The notes: generated from the letters alone by a model not told the origin. 64,000 nucleotides of DNA from Candidatus Nomurabacteria bacterium (GCA_943353835.1 CALRBA010000001.1:17497-81496); one strand, 5' to 3'. Positions 1 through 8,866 are shown, counted from the stretch's first letter. Program-made: numbers and translations.

Positions 1-1
1 G

Positions 2-1609
2 ATACGTTTGGACGCGCCAATCGCCTTCACGCTCCCCGAGCGCGTGTGGAGGGAGAATGTGGATATACGAAAAATATTATCCATGTGTGACGGGTTCGGC
101 TTTAGAACGCTAAAAGAAAGAATCAAAATAGTTTTTAATAGCAAATCAGCCCCGACGTCAGAAGTCGGGGCTCCGACCGAAAGCGTCGGAGAAGAAAAAG
201 TAGATATTGTCCGACTCGCCGAGGCGAAGGCGATGCTCTGGCTCATCTCATCAGAATTCACGAATCCGTCGCTTGACGACATTCTCGCTTTCACTAAAGA
301 AAGGACTTTTGACGCCGCTTTCACGACTCTAGAGAAACAATTAAATGGACTCGGCAGAGTGAGAGACGTGTATGAGCAGATAGAGAAGCCACTTATACCG
401 GTTATAGAGAAAATGGGAGAGAGGGGAGTTCTCATAGACACAAAAATTCTATCAGGTCTCGCGAAGAAGTATCGTGCCGAGCTAAAGGATATTGAAAAGA
501 GTATTTATAAAAAGGTTGGACATGAATTTAATGTGAGCTCGCCAAAACAACTCGGCGAAGTGCTTTTTGACGAGCTGAAGATTGTTCCTGATAGAATGAA
601 GAAAACTGCTGGTGGACAACGCTCTACTCGCGAGAGTGAACTGGAGAAAATGCGTGATATGCATCCGATTATTGCCGATATTCTTGAATACCGAGAATTG
701 AAAAAATTACTCTCCACTTATATTGATAATCTACCCGTTATGCTTGATGTCGAGAATCGTCTCCATGCCGAATTTATTCAGACAGGCACTGTGACCGGCC
801 GTATGTCTTCACAGAATCCCAATCTTCAAAACATTCCACTGCGTAGCGAGCGCGGACGCGCGATACGCCACGCCTTCGTAGCATCAAATGGGTTCACACT
901 CGTCGGGCTGGACTATTCTCAAATAGAGCTTCGTCTCGCGGCAATACTCTCTGGCGACAAGAAGCTCTGTGACATATTTAAAAATGGGAGAGATGTACAC
1001 ACCGAGGTCGCGGCACAAGTCTTTGGGGTTGCTCCTGAAAAAGTTGATGCGGAGATGCGGCGCAGAGCAAAGATAATTAATTTTGGAATTCTGTATGGAA
1101 TGGGCGTCAATGCGCTCCGCGCACAGCTCGGAAGCACAACCGCCGAAGCCTACCAGTTCTTAGAAGAATATTTTTCTACGTTTAAAACACTTTCAGAATA
1201 TCTGGAGAGTACCAGAGGATTTGCAAGAAAAAATGGATATACAGAAACTTTGTTCGGGAGACGCAGACAATTCCCCGATATGAAATCGTCGCTCCCGTAT
1301 GTACGAGCACAAGCCGAGCGCATGGCGATTAATGCACCGATACAGGGCACGCAGGCGGACATCATCAAGCTCGCGATGGTGCGCGTGGACGAAATGCTGG
1401 CGAAAGAAAATGCCAATACAGATGCATATTTGCTACTGCAAGTACACGATGAATTGGTATATGAGATTTGCACCGAGCGTGTTGGCGAACTCGCGCCGAA
1501 AATACGCGCGATTATGGAGTCTGTTCTGGCGAACGATGACACGCGCGGCGTTCCCATCGTCGCGACGATGAAACAGGGTAACGATTGGGGCGCCATGGTT
1601 CCATTATGA
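2..1609 (+). CDS. polA: DNA polymerase I, C-terminal polymerase domain (5'-partial; gene continues upstream of the window)
   Basis: Family A polymerase motifs in the translation (RRxAKxxNFGxxYG, LLQVHDELVYE motif C). The frame is open from the window edge. The product carries the in-frame palindromic insert at nt 149-200. Confidence 0.85.
   Translation: MRLDAPIAFTLPERVWRENVDIRKILSMCDGFGFRTLKERIKIVFNSKSAPTSEVGAPTESVGEEKVDIVRLAEAKAMLWLISSEFTNPSLDDILAFTKERTFDAAFTTLEKQLNGLGRVRDVYEQIEKPLIPVIEKMGERGVLIDTKILSGLAKKYRAELKDIEKSIYKKVGHEFNVSSPKQLGEVLFDELKIVPDRMKKTAGGQRSTRESELEKMRDMHPIIADILEYRELKKLLSTYIDNLPVMLDVENRLHAEFIQTGTVTGRMSSQNPNLQNIPLRSERGRAIRHAFVASNGFTLVGLDYSQIELRLAAILSGDKKLCDIFKNGRDVHTEVAAQVFGVAPEKVDAEMRRRAKIINFGILYGMGVNALRAQLGSTTAEAYQFLEEYFSTFKTLSEYLESTRGFARKNGYTETLFGRRRQFPDMKSSLPYVRAQAERMAINAPIQGTQADIIKLAMVRVDEMLAKENANTDAYLLLQVHDELVYEICTERVGELAPKIRAIMESVLANDDTRGVPIVATMKQGNDWGAMVPL
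149..200 (+). repeat. Copy 1 of a ~52-nt double-hairpin palindromic element, in-frame within polA (translates SAPTSEVGAPTESVGEEK)
   Basis: ccccgacgtcagaagtcgggg + ctccgaccgaaagcgtcggag + gaagaaaaag; near-identical to 11487-11540. Confidence 0.7.
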
Positions 1610-2259
1610 TTTATCTCTTCCATGGTTCTGATGTGGAGAAAACGCGAACAAAAGCGTTTGAATGGGTCGCAAAAGCTAGAGCGAAAGAGCCGAACCTCGC
1701 CTATGTGCGCCTCGCGAGTGAGGAGCTCACGAGCGCGGCGCTAGAGGACGCTGCGCTTTCTGGCGGGTTGTTTGTAAAACGACTTTTGATACTTATTGAC
1801 GATCCATTTCAGGAGGAAATTTCCGGAGACCTTCTTGAAGAACATCTGTCTGCACTCGCAGACTCTGATAACGCCATTATTATTCTCACTCCGAAACTCA
1901 CGGCAGTAAAAGTAAAAAAGATTTCGGTGAAAGCGAAGATGGTGTACACCTATGACAAACCACCAGCGCTTGAGGACAAGCGAGGGTTTAATAGAAATTT
2001 AGTGGATGCACTCGGCGCACGCAATCGCGAGAAACTCTGGCTAGAGATTAATCGCGCACTTCGTGACGGCGACGCGACGGAGATGCTTCACGGCCTCCTT
2101 CACTGGAAAGCTCGTGATATGATGTCCAACGGAAGTCGTGTATGGACGCCACAAGAATCCCGCGCGCTCTCGCTCTCACTTATATCTCTCCTCCAATCCT
2201 CCCGCCGCGGCGGTATGAATTTGTCCCTTTCGTTAGAGAAGTTTGCACTCTCAATATAA
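1606..2259 (+). CDS. holA: DNA polymerase III delta subunit-like protein (short)
   Basis: The N-terminus (IYLFHGSD...LFVKRLLIL...IILTPKL) follows the HolA N-terminal domain pattern. The ATG overlaps the polA stop (ATGA). It is shorter than canonical delta subunits. Confidence 0.45.
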   Translation: MIYLFHGSDVEKTRTKAFEWVAKARAKEPNLAYVRLASEELTSAALEDAALSGGLFVKRLLILIDDPFQEEISGDLLEEHLSALADSDNAIIILTPKLTAVKVKKISVKAKMVYTYDKPPALEDKRGFNRNLVDALGARNREKLWLEINRALRDGDATEMLHGLLHWKARDMMSNGSRVWTPQESRALSLSLISLLQSSRRGGMNLSLSLEKFALSI

Positions 2260-2264
2260 ATTTG

Positions 2265-2337
2265 TGCGCCCGGTTGGAATCGGACCAACGACCTTGTCCT
2301 TAAAAGGGACCTGCTCTACCAACTGAGCTACGGGCGC
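2265..2337 (-). tRNA. tRNA-Lys (anticodon TTT)
   Basis: Hand-folded cloverleaf: acceptor stem GCGCCCG/CGGGCGC, anticodon loop CTTTTAA, T-arm GTTGG/CCAAC. Confidence 0.75.
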
Positions 2338-2464
2338 GAGCGAGGATGAGAAAATAGAGTTTACTCATATTTTCTCACTCCGAGCGAGCGCACAGTATGG
2401 TACCCCATACGGGCGCGAAGGGCTCTCCTCGTTTTTATAATCTACTCTTTTTTGCTCTTTTTTT

Positions 2465-3424
2465 CTAGTAGCTAAACGCATCTACCGTTTTACCGCTTGA
2501 ATCCAACAACTTCACGATTTCATATTTGGTGCGCCACAAGGGAGTTGTCCTTCCGAGATATATGCGCCACACATCGCCCTTGAAGTTGGAATCATTTTTG
2601 TGCGCCGTGACGCACCCGTTGTAGTTAAGATATTGAATCATGAAATTCTGGCACGCATTAGAAGCGGTGACGGGAGGAGATAATGCCACCTGACAACGTG
2701 ATATCTTATTCACATATTCAATGCACGAAGAATCGCGAATGTATCCGACACCGTAATAATTGGAAAGTTCATCAGACGGCACCGGACAGTTCTGCGGTAG
2801 AGGCGGATAAAATTGTTGGAATGTGCTGAAATAACCTATACATTTATTTTCCCTAAATGAGGCGCCGATAGGCGAACTTCCTGATACAAGAATCGCGCGC
2901 TTACCGGGAGTGATTACGATATCTTGAGACGCATTAACGATTCCAGATATCGGCACTTCCGTTCCTTTGGGTATCGTTATGGCACTTCCTGTTACATCGC
3001 TCGCTAGAGTCCAGCCTGATACGTTGACCGGAGCGCCGGCGTCCTGCGCCACATAGAGTTCTATGTATTCGTTCTTCGGGTCTGATGAACCGGCACCTGA
3101 AACGTAGCGATTCATTCTGACTATTCCACGGTATACAGAAGGCTGTCCGAATACACCACCGGTAATAATTGGAGTCGGCTGATTATTTGCATTGTTGCCA
3201 GTAACGTTGGAACCGTTTGATGAACCCGACAGAACGACGACTGAATCGCCGACGCTGAATGGCGCTCTTGGAAGTTGGAGGTATGTCCCTCCTCCGAGTA
3301 CTCCTGGCAGTGCGAGCCTCGGGCCGGTAAACGCGACAGGATGAAGAGGACCGCCTGTAGATATCCAGATAAGAAATATGAATACGAAAACACCTATAAA
3401 AAACCATGCATCGTGCATTTCCAT
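2465..3424 (-). CDS. Membrane-anchored extracytoplasmic protein with a lamin-tail-like domain and a Cys-rich C-terminal region
   Basis: N-terminal TM helix. LTD-like segment NEYIELYVAQDAGAPVNVSGWTL. Multiple Cys in the C-terminal third. Confidence 0.4.
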   Translation of the reverse strand: MEMHDAWFFIGVFVFIFLIWISTGGPLHPVAFTGPRLALPGVLGGGTYLQLPRAPFSVGDSVVVLSGSSNGSNVTGNNANNQPTPIITGGVFGQPSVYRGIVRMNRYVSGAGSSDPKNEYIELYVAQDAGAPVNVSGWTLASDVTGSAITIPKGTEVPISGIVNASQDIVITPGKRAILVSGSSPIGASFRENKCIGYFSTFQQFYPPLPQNCPVPSDELSNYYGVGYIRDSSCIEYVNKISRCQVALSPPVTASNACQNFMIQYLNYNGCVTAHKNDSNFKGDVWRIYLGRTTPLWRTKYEIVKLLDSSGKTVDAFSY

Positions 3425-3442
3425 AGAGATATAGTAACAAAC

Positions 3443-3988
3443 TTAGTGGCCGGACGAGAGAGCAGCTTTGAGTCTTGCCTCTTTTCCGACTGCACTGTCA
3501 GGGATAGCCTGCAGAGCCTTTCTCGCCTCGCGTTCTGTATAACCGAGCGCGACGAGTGTGTCAAACACTTCACCGTCTTCTCTCGAGTGTGAATGAGGAC
3601 CAATCTTGTCTGCGAGCTCCACGAGCATCTTCTCGGCGCTCTTCTTACCAAGCCCGACAACCTTGGTTAGATACGCCAGGTCGCGCGTTCCGATAGCTCC
3701 TTCGAGCGCCTCGCGAGGCGCTCGGCGCAATACTGAAAGAGCCGTCTTCGGGCCGACTCCAGACACAGACAGTATAAGCTCAAAGAAATCACGGTCGGCT
3801 GGATCGGAGAATCCATACAGTTCAAGACCATCCTGCTTCAGCGCCAGATGCGTCGCGAGGCTCGCCTCGCTCCCGACGGCGAGCATCTGAGGAGAACTCA
3901 TCCGCACCTCAATACCGAAGCCGGCGACCTCTATAACGGCGCTTACCAGCCCTATATTAAGCACCTTCCCGCGTATCTGCCGAATCAT
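3443..3988 (-). CDS. ruvA: Holliday junction branch-migration protein RuvA
   Basis: MIRQIRGKV...GFGIEV...LELILSVSGVGPKTAL...GYTEREARKAL is the canonical RuvA OB/HhH/domain III layout. The internal ATG at 3988 is chosen as the start. Confidence 0.85.
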   Translation of the reverse strand: MIRQIRGKVLNIGLVSAVIEVAGFGIEVRMSSPQMLAVGSEASLATHLALKQDGLELYGFSDPADRDFFELILSVSGVGPKTALSVLRRAPREALEGAIGTRDLAYLTKVVGLGKKSAEKMLVELADKIGPHSHSREDGEVFDTLVALGYTEREARKALQAIPDSAVGKEARLKAALSSGH

Positions 3989-4055
3989 GCTTACATAATA
4001 CATCCATTTGCATTTATTACTTAAACCTTGTAACTTACTGCTACAACCTAATTTT

Positions 4056-4325
4056 ATGGCTATCACCAGCTCGGCAAAGAAAGCGATTCGCTCATCGGCG
4101 AAGAAACATATCTTTAACATTCGCCGTAAAGAGGCTTTGACTAACGCGACTAAGTCGCTTCTAAAAGCTCTCTCCAAAAAAGATGTTTCAGGAGCCGAGA
4201 AACTTCTACCGACAGCCTACAAGGCGATAGACAAGGCGATGAAGCGCGGTGTTATTAAGAAAAACACGGCAGCCAACAAGAAGTCCCGCCTCGCTCTCGC
4301 CATCAAACGCGCGAAAGCGAAGTAG
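4056..4325 (+). CDS. rpsT: 30S ribosomal protein S20
   Basis: MAITSSAKKAIRSSAKKH...KAIDKAMKRGVIKKNTAANKKSRLA matches S20 throughout. It is divergent from ruvA. Confidence 0.85.
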   Translation: MAITSSAKKAIRSSAKKHIFNIRRKEALTNATKSLLKALSKKDVSGAEKLLPTAYKAIDKAMKRGVIKKNTAANKKSRLALAIKRAKAK

Positions 4326-4357
4326 CTTGCACCGAGCAAGTCTGCGAGTCGAAGTGT

Positions 4358-4429
4358 GCCCCCGGCCAGAATCGAACTGACATCGTCTCCTCCGCAAGGA
4401 GATGTCCTATCCATTGAACGACGGGGGCA
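4358..4429 (-). tRNA. tRNA, anticodon read as GCG (Arg)
   Basis: Acceptor GCCCCCG/CGGGGGC, D-stem GTTC/GGAC, anticodon stem TCTCC/GGAGA with loop TTGCGGA, T-arm GTCAG-TTCGATT-CTGGC. The GCG anticodon is unusual; confirm with tRNAscan-SE. Confidence 0.6.
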
Positions 4430-4443
4430 GTAGTGAATGTATA

Positions 4444-4917
4444 TCAGAACCCGAGCCACGCCGCCACCAGATCGTTGAAGGTATGGTGATGTTCATCCTC
4501 TTTCACGTAGTATAGGAAGTAATCGTACACTACGTCAACATCAACTCCGTTAAGAGGGATGATTAGATGCGGAGAGAACCAGCTCTCGGTCTTAATAGAG
4601 AGCATGGGAGATAATTCTCCTTTCACATCTTCCAGAACGGAGAAAGATATCATTCGTTCAAACGGATGCATATCGTCTCCTATCATTATGCCTTGTTCCA
4701 CGAGACGGAAGCGATGTACGGGAGGATGTTTAGATGCGTGAAGAGCGAATGCAGTTGTCGCAATAATAATAAGAACGGCGAGAAGATAATTGCCGAAGAG
4801 CACGGACGCGACCGTACCGGACACCGCGATGATACCAAGCGCCCAGTACCAGTCGGTACTCTTCGGATTATGGTCGTACTCTCTCCCTTCCCATTCTAAA
4901 ATAGAAGTGTTGAACAT
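4444..4917 (-). CDS. Hypothetical membrane protein
   Basis: Two predicted TM helices near the N-terminus; no recognisable motif. Confidence 0.4.
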   Translation of the reverse strand: MFNTSILEWEGREYDHNPKSTDWYWALGIIAVSGTVASVLFGNYLLAVLIIIATTAFALHASKHPPVHRFRLVEQGIMIGDDMHPFERMISFSVLEDVKGELSPMLSIKTESWFSPHLIIPLNGVDVDVVYDYFLYYVKEDEHHHTFNDLVAAWLGF

Positions 4918-4936
4918 AGGAAAATGATAACACGGG

Positions 4937-5023
4937 CGGAAGGGGTGAGATTCGAACTCACGGTCCCCGTAAGGAGACTCCGGTTTTCAAGACCGGTGCA
5001 TTAGACCGCTCTGCCACCCTTCC
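4937..5023 (-). tRNA. tRNA-Ser (anticodon TGA)
   Basis: Acceptor GGAAGGG/CCCTTCC, anticodon stem CCGGT/ACCGG with loop CTTGAAA, long variable arm, T-arm GTGAG-TTCGAAT-CTCAC. Confidence 0.75.
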
Positions 5024-5027
5024 ATAA

Positions 5028-5303
5028 CTACTGCGCCGGTGATGAGACGTTCACAGGCGTTTCAGAAACGATGTTTCCGACGTTTTTCGGGCGGAACCAG
5101 ATAAGATACACGATTTCCAGAATGCCGAACGTGTTTATGACCAGAAGCGCTATGAACCAATTCTTCTGGCCGGCACGTGCGGCGGCCCAGAGAGAGTATC
5201 CTTTCAAAACTATTGTCCAAAGTACTAAGACTAGAATAATCGGGACAAAAATACTCATAAATCCCGGCGTGAACGGAGAATAGAATGGAGTGTATGCTTG
5301 CAT
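5028..5303 (-). CDS. Small integral membrane protein (2 TM)
   Basis: Hydrophobic helices only. Confidence 0.35.
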   Translation of the reverse strand: MQAYTPFYSPFTPGFMSIFVPIILVLVLWTIVLKGYSLWAAARAGQKNWFIALLVINTFGILEIVYLIWFRPKNVGNIVSETPVNVSSPAQ

Positions 5304-5333
5304 ATGTGCGAATCATACCACACACTTCTTATT

Positions 5334-5747
5334 ATGCGATATCTAGGCATTGATTATGGGAGTAAAAAAGTCGGCCTCGCCTTATCTGACGAAGCGGGAG
5401 TTATGGGATTCCCGCACGGAATAATAGCGAACACTCCTCGTCTCGCCGATGAGCTCTATGCGCTTATCGCTAAAGAAAATATCGGGGCGGTCGTTATTGG
5501 GGAATCACGCACTCTTAGTGGAGAAGAGAATGCGATAGCCAAGTATGCGAAGGCGCTCGGCTCTCTGATTACTGAACACACGGGAACGCCAGTTTTCTAC
5601 GAATCAGAGGTGTATACGAGTGCGGAGGCGCGCAGGGCTCCAGAAAAAGAAATAAAATCACGCGCCGCGAAGCGGCGCGTGGATGTTGATGCTTCTGCTG
5701 CCGCACTCATCCTTACCAGCTACCTCTCACACGCCAATCATGGATAA
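5334..5747 (+). CDS. ruvX: Putative pre-16S rRNA nuclease / Holliday junction resolvase YqgF (RuvX)
   Basis: MRYLGIDYGSKKVGLALSD signature N-terminus; ~138 aa. Confidence 0.8.
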   Translation: MRYLGIDYGSKKVGLALSDEAGVMGFPHGIIANTPRLADELYALIAKENIGAVVIGESRTLSGEENAIAKYAKALGSLITEHTGTPVFYESEVYTSAEARRAPEKEIKSRAAKRRVDVDASAAALILTSYLSHANHG

Positions 5748-6081
5748 ATCGCGCATAACAATTGACGAGTTTAGTAAAATAGAAGTGAAGGTCGGCACAG
5801 TACGCCTTGCCGAACGCGTACCAGAGACCGACAAACTCTTTCGGCTTCTGGTCGATTTTAGTGAAGAAAGTGGCCCTCGTCAGATTGTTTCCGGTATCGC
5901 AATGTACGTATCTGAACCGGAATCATTGGTGGGTCGACAATTTGCATTTGTGACGAATCTTGAACCACGCACAATACGCGGACTTGAAAGCAATGGAATG
6001 CTTTTTGCTGTTGGGTCCGGAGACACCTTCGCGTTTCTTACTCCCGATAGAGACGTCCCGTCTGGTACTAGTGCACACTAG
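5740..6081 (+). CDS. Stand-alone tRNA-binding protein (CsaA/Trbp111-like; homologous to the MetRS C-terminal domain)
   Basis: IDEFSKIEVKVGTVRLAERVPETDKLFRLLVDFSEE...GIAMYV has the OB-fold Myf/EMAP pattern. The start overlaps the ruvX stop. Confidence 0.7.
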   Translation: MDKSRITIDEFSKIEVKVGTVRLAERVPETDKLFRLLVDFSEESGPRQIVSGIAMYVSEPESLVGRQFAFVTNLEPRTIRGLESNGMLFAVGSGDTFAFLTPDRDVPSGTSAH

Positions 6082-6119
6082 CGCGCGCGAACGCTCCGCG
6101 CCCGCGCTATAATTGATCT

Positions 6120-7217
6120 ATGACCTTCGTTCTTCGCGAACACATTCGTGCGGCCTTCGCTCCACCGAAATATCTTGCTCCCACTTTCGCTGGTATTGAC
6201 CTCTCAACAAGCGGAGTCAAGGCTGTGCATCTTATAGAAGGTACCCACGGTCTTACTCTCGCCGGATATTCTGAGATGCGTCTGCCTTCTGGAGCATTTG
6301 CCGATGGTGAAGTAGTTGACCATTCGGCGGTTATGGAGACACTTTCAAATGCTGCTAAATCTGCAGGCATTTCATCCGCTAATGTTGCTCTACCGGAATC
6401 AAAGTCCTATTTATTTGAGACAGTGGTTCCAGGAAAAAAGAAAGACGAATGGCGTATAGCGGTTGAACAGCATCTGGACGAGTTCGTTCCATTGCCTCCG
6501 CCTGACACAGTGTTTGATGTTATAAAAGTAGGTCAAGAAGAGAATGGTGGGGCTCTCGTTACAGGTGTCGGCTTCGCTCGTAGAATCGTTGATGAAACAC
6601 TTTCGGTTTTTGACGATGCCGGAATTAGGGTTCAATCTTTAGAAAGTGAAACATTCGCGTCGTCACGGGCTCTTCTTCCTTATGGAGATGAATCCACTTC
6701 TCTAATTATTGACGTCGGTAGGGCTACAACGAAGATATCAATAGTCTCAAAATGTGTTCCGCGATTTGCTACGACGATTGGTTTCGGCGGGCATTCTCTT
6801 ACTCTCGCCGTGCAGAAACATTTCGGTGTGACCGAAGCCGAGGCGCGTAAGATAAAGTACGAGCGCGGTATTGTACTCGGACCCGGAAACGAAGATTATC
6901 TGTCAGCGATGCTTTCAACAGTGTCCGCTATTCGTGACGAGATTTCCACAAGGCTTGAATATTGGCAGGAGAAGGCTAGAACCTCCAAAATGCATGTACC
7001 AGTGACGCACGCTATTCTTGTCGGTGGGAATGCATCTGTGCGTGGATTTACGGAATATCTGGAGGGGGTTCTTAAAATACCGGTTGTTTCTGGAGACGTG
7101 TTCACTAATCTCGCTTCACGCGATGATTGGATTCCAACGCTTGATTACACCGAGTCTCTCGCATATGCGACCGCAATCGGTCTCGCTTTACGCGATGATA
7201 TACAGCCTTATGAATAA
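6120..7217 (+). CDS. pilM: Type IV pilus assembly ATPase-like protein PilM
   Basis: GIDLSTSGVKAVHL N-terminus, actin-like fold, ~365 aa. Confidence 0.8.
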   Translation: MTFVLREHIRAAFAPPKYLAPTFAGIDLSTSGVKAVHLIEGTHGLTLAGYSEMRLPSGAFADGEVVDHSAVMETLSNAAKSAGISSANVALPESKSYLFETVVPGKKKDEWRIAVEQHLDEFVPLPPPDTVFDVIKVGQEENGGALVTGVGFARRIVDETLSVFDDAGIRVQSLESETFASSRALLPYGDESTSLIIDVGRATTKISIVSKCVPRFATTIGFGGHSLTLAVQKHFGVTEAEARKIKYERGIVLGPGNEDYLSAMLSTVSAIRDEISTRLEYWQEKARTSKMHVPVTHAILVGGNASVRGFTEYLEGVLKIPVVSGDVFTNLASRDDWIPTLDYTESLAYATAIGLALRDDIQPYE

Positions 7218-7764
7218 CGAACCTACAAATCTTCTTCCGCCGGAAAGACAAAGAACTCTATCCATAGATTATATTCTTCGCGTAGGAGTCATAATTGCCG
7301 TACTCGCGACCGCCTTGACTCTTTCATCATCGGTTCTATTAATTCCCACATACGTTTTTTTAAGCGGGAATGTAAGTGCAAAGAAAGTAAATCTCGCCAG
7401 CATAGAATCCTCTCTTTCTTCTGCAGATGAGATAGCTCTTTCAAATCGCCTGACTGCGCTTTCAGAAAATGCGGCGTCTCTCTCGGCTCTTTCAAACGTT
7501 CAGTCGGTTAGCGCAACGGTTCGTGAAATACTCTCCGTATCGCGCCCGGGGATTACTATCTCGGGAATTTCGTACACACCACATACGGAAAATAAGCCTG
7601 GAACGGTGATTATTTCCGGCTCGTCCGCAACGCGCGACTCACTGCGCGGTTATCAACTCGCATTGCAGGAGGTTCAATTTATACGTTCCGTCGTTTTACC
7701 GGTGTCTGCATATGCAAAGGACAGCGATATTGCATTCACAATTACAGTAACACTCGCGCCATGA
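7210..7764 (+). CDS. pilN: Type IV pilus assembly protein PilN-like
   Basis: Short cytoplasmic N-terminus (LLPPERQ), one TM helix and a coiled region. The start overlaps the pilM stop. Confidence 0.6.
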   Translation: MNNEPTNLLPPERQRTLSIDYILRVGVIIAVLATALTLSSSVLLIPTYVFLSGNVSAKKVNLASIESSLSSADEIALSNRLTALSENAASLSALSNVQSVSATVREILSVSRPGITISGISYTPHTENKPGTVIISGSSATRDSLRGYQLALQEVQFIRSVVLPVSAYAKDSDIAFTITVTLAP

Positions 7765-8327
7765 AATCCTCCGTCATTCATATGAGTATATGGGTTTCTA
7801 TATGTGTCGCGACTATCGTCGGACATGGATTTTGGTATGCCGTTATTTCAGAGAAGAGCGCTGAAGTGGCTAGTCTGCAGAATCAAATTGATACTAAGAC
7901 GGAAACGGCAGGTAGAGTCGCTGCCGCGCGGACGGCATTGAGTGAAATTGAGGGTAATGAATCGGAGATTCGAAATTATTTCGTACCGGAAACAGAGGTC
8001 GTATCGTTCATAGACGATATTGAAGGTCGCGCACTTACTCAGAAGACAACTATGAAGGTTCTTTCCGTGTCCGTGAATAATTCTTCAAAACAAACGTCTC
8101 TTGTCCTATCTCTCGTTGTTGGAGGAACATTTGACGCAGTTATGCGTACGGTCGGAGCAATTGAATTCGCTCCATACGATTTATCAATATCAAAACTTTC
8201 CATCAGGAATGAAGAAAAGAATGTATGGAAAGCACATTTTGAAATTGTCGTCGGTTCGATACCTGCAAGTACGGAACCAAGTACAAAGGCCGTTGAACAG
8301 AAAACGGTTTCTTTTATCTTTCCATGA
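7761..8327 (+). CDS. pilO: Type IV pilus assembly protein PilO-like
   Basis: N-terminal TM helix, coiled-coil and C-terminal beta region; operon position after pilMN. Confidence 0.5.
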   Translation: MKSSVIHMSIWVSICVATIVGHGFWYAVISEKSAEVASLQNQIDTKTETAGRVAAARTALSEIEGNESEIRNYFVPETEVVSFIDDIEGRALTQKTTMKVLSVSVNNSSKQTSLVLSLVVGGTFDAVMRTVGAIEFAPYDLSISKLSIRNEEKNVWKAHFEIVVGSIPASTEPSTKAVEQKTVSFIFP

Positions 8328-8632
8328 ATACCAATAACTCAATTCGTGCATTCTTGAACCGCATACATTCCGCGATGCATATAGATCCGGTACGCGACTG
8401 GCTGATACTACTCACTCTCTCTATACTCGCGTTTATCAGCATAGTCGTATGGAATGTGTTGGCATTTGATACCGTCGCGCGCGGAGGAGTCATCGGCACG
8501 GCCGTAACAAGTACAGAACCCGTATTTAACAGCTCATCTCTTGACGTGATTCATTCGGTATTCTCAAAGCGCGTTACCGAAGAGTCTAAGTATGTGACCG
8601 GTGTATACCGTTACGCCGACCCTTCGCAATAA
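8324..8632 (+). CDS. Hypothetical membrane-anchored protein, translationally coupled to pilO (ATGA overlap)
   Basis: Single TM helix; fourth gene of the pilMNO cluster. Confidence 0.35.
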   Translation: MNTNNSIRAFLNRIHSAMHIDPVRDWLILLTLSILAFISIVVWNVLAFDTVARGGVIGTAVTSTEPVFNSSSLDVIHSVFSKRVTEESKYVTGVYRYADPSQ

Positions 8633-8664
8633 GCAATATATAAGATAATGTAAAAGAGTGTTTC

Positions 8665-8737
8665 GCCCCCATAGCTTAATGGATAAAGTAGCGGACTTCT
8701 AAGCCGTTGATGTTGGTTCGATTCCAGCTGGGGGCAC
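8665..8737 (+). tRNA. tRNA-Arg (anticodon TCT)
   Basis: Acceptor GCCCCCA/TGGGGGC, anticodon loop CTTCTAA, T-arm GTTGG-TTCGATT-CCAGC. Confidence 0.7.
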
Positions 8738-8785
8738 ACTTCGACTCGCAGACTCGCTCAGTGTAAACTGAAAAGCGAGTGGGGA

Positions 8786-8866
8786 GGGCACGTGGCGGAA
8801 CGGTATACGCGTACGACTCAGAATCGTATGGGGCAACCCTTGAGAGTTCAAATCTCTCCGTGCCCA
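8786..8866 (+). tRNA. tRNA-Leu (anticodon CAG)
   Basis: Acceptor GGGCACG/CGTGCCC, anticodon stem TACGA/TCGTA with loop CTCAGAA, long variable arm. Confidence 0.75.

Noticed and set aside
1299-1571. Alternative-frame ORFs inside polA, argS, ileS, P-type ATPase, ftsK etc. (e.g. 1150..1623 -, 13910..14464 -, 21116..21517 -, 45369..46013 -)
   Set aside because: Each lies entirely within a longer ORF that has clear family motifs. The alternates have no homology-like features.
2340-2465. Hairpin gagaaaatagagtttactcatattttctc downstream of tRNA-Lys as a terminator
   Set aside because: No adjoining T-tract on either strand; may be a structural element but not a clear intrinsic terminator.
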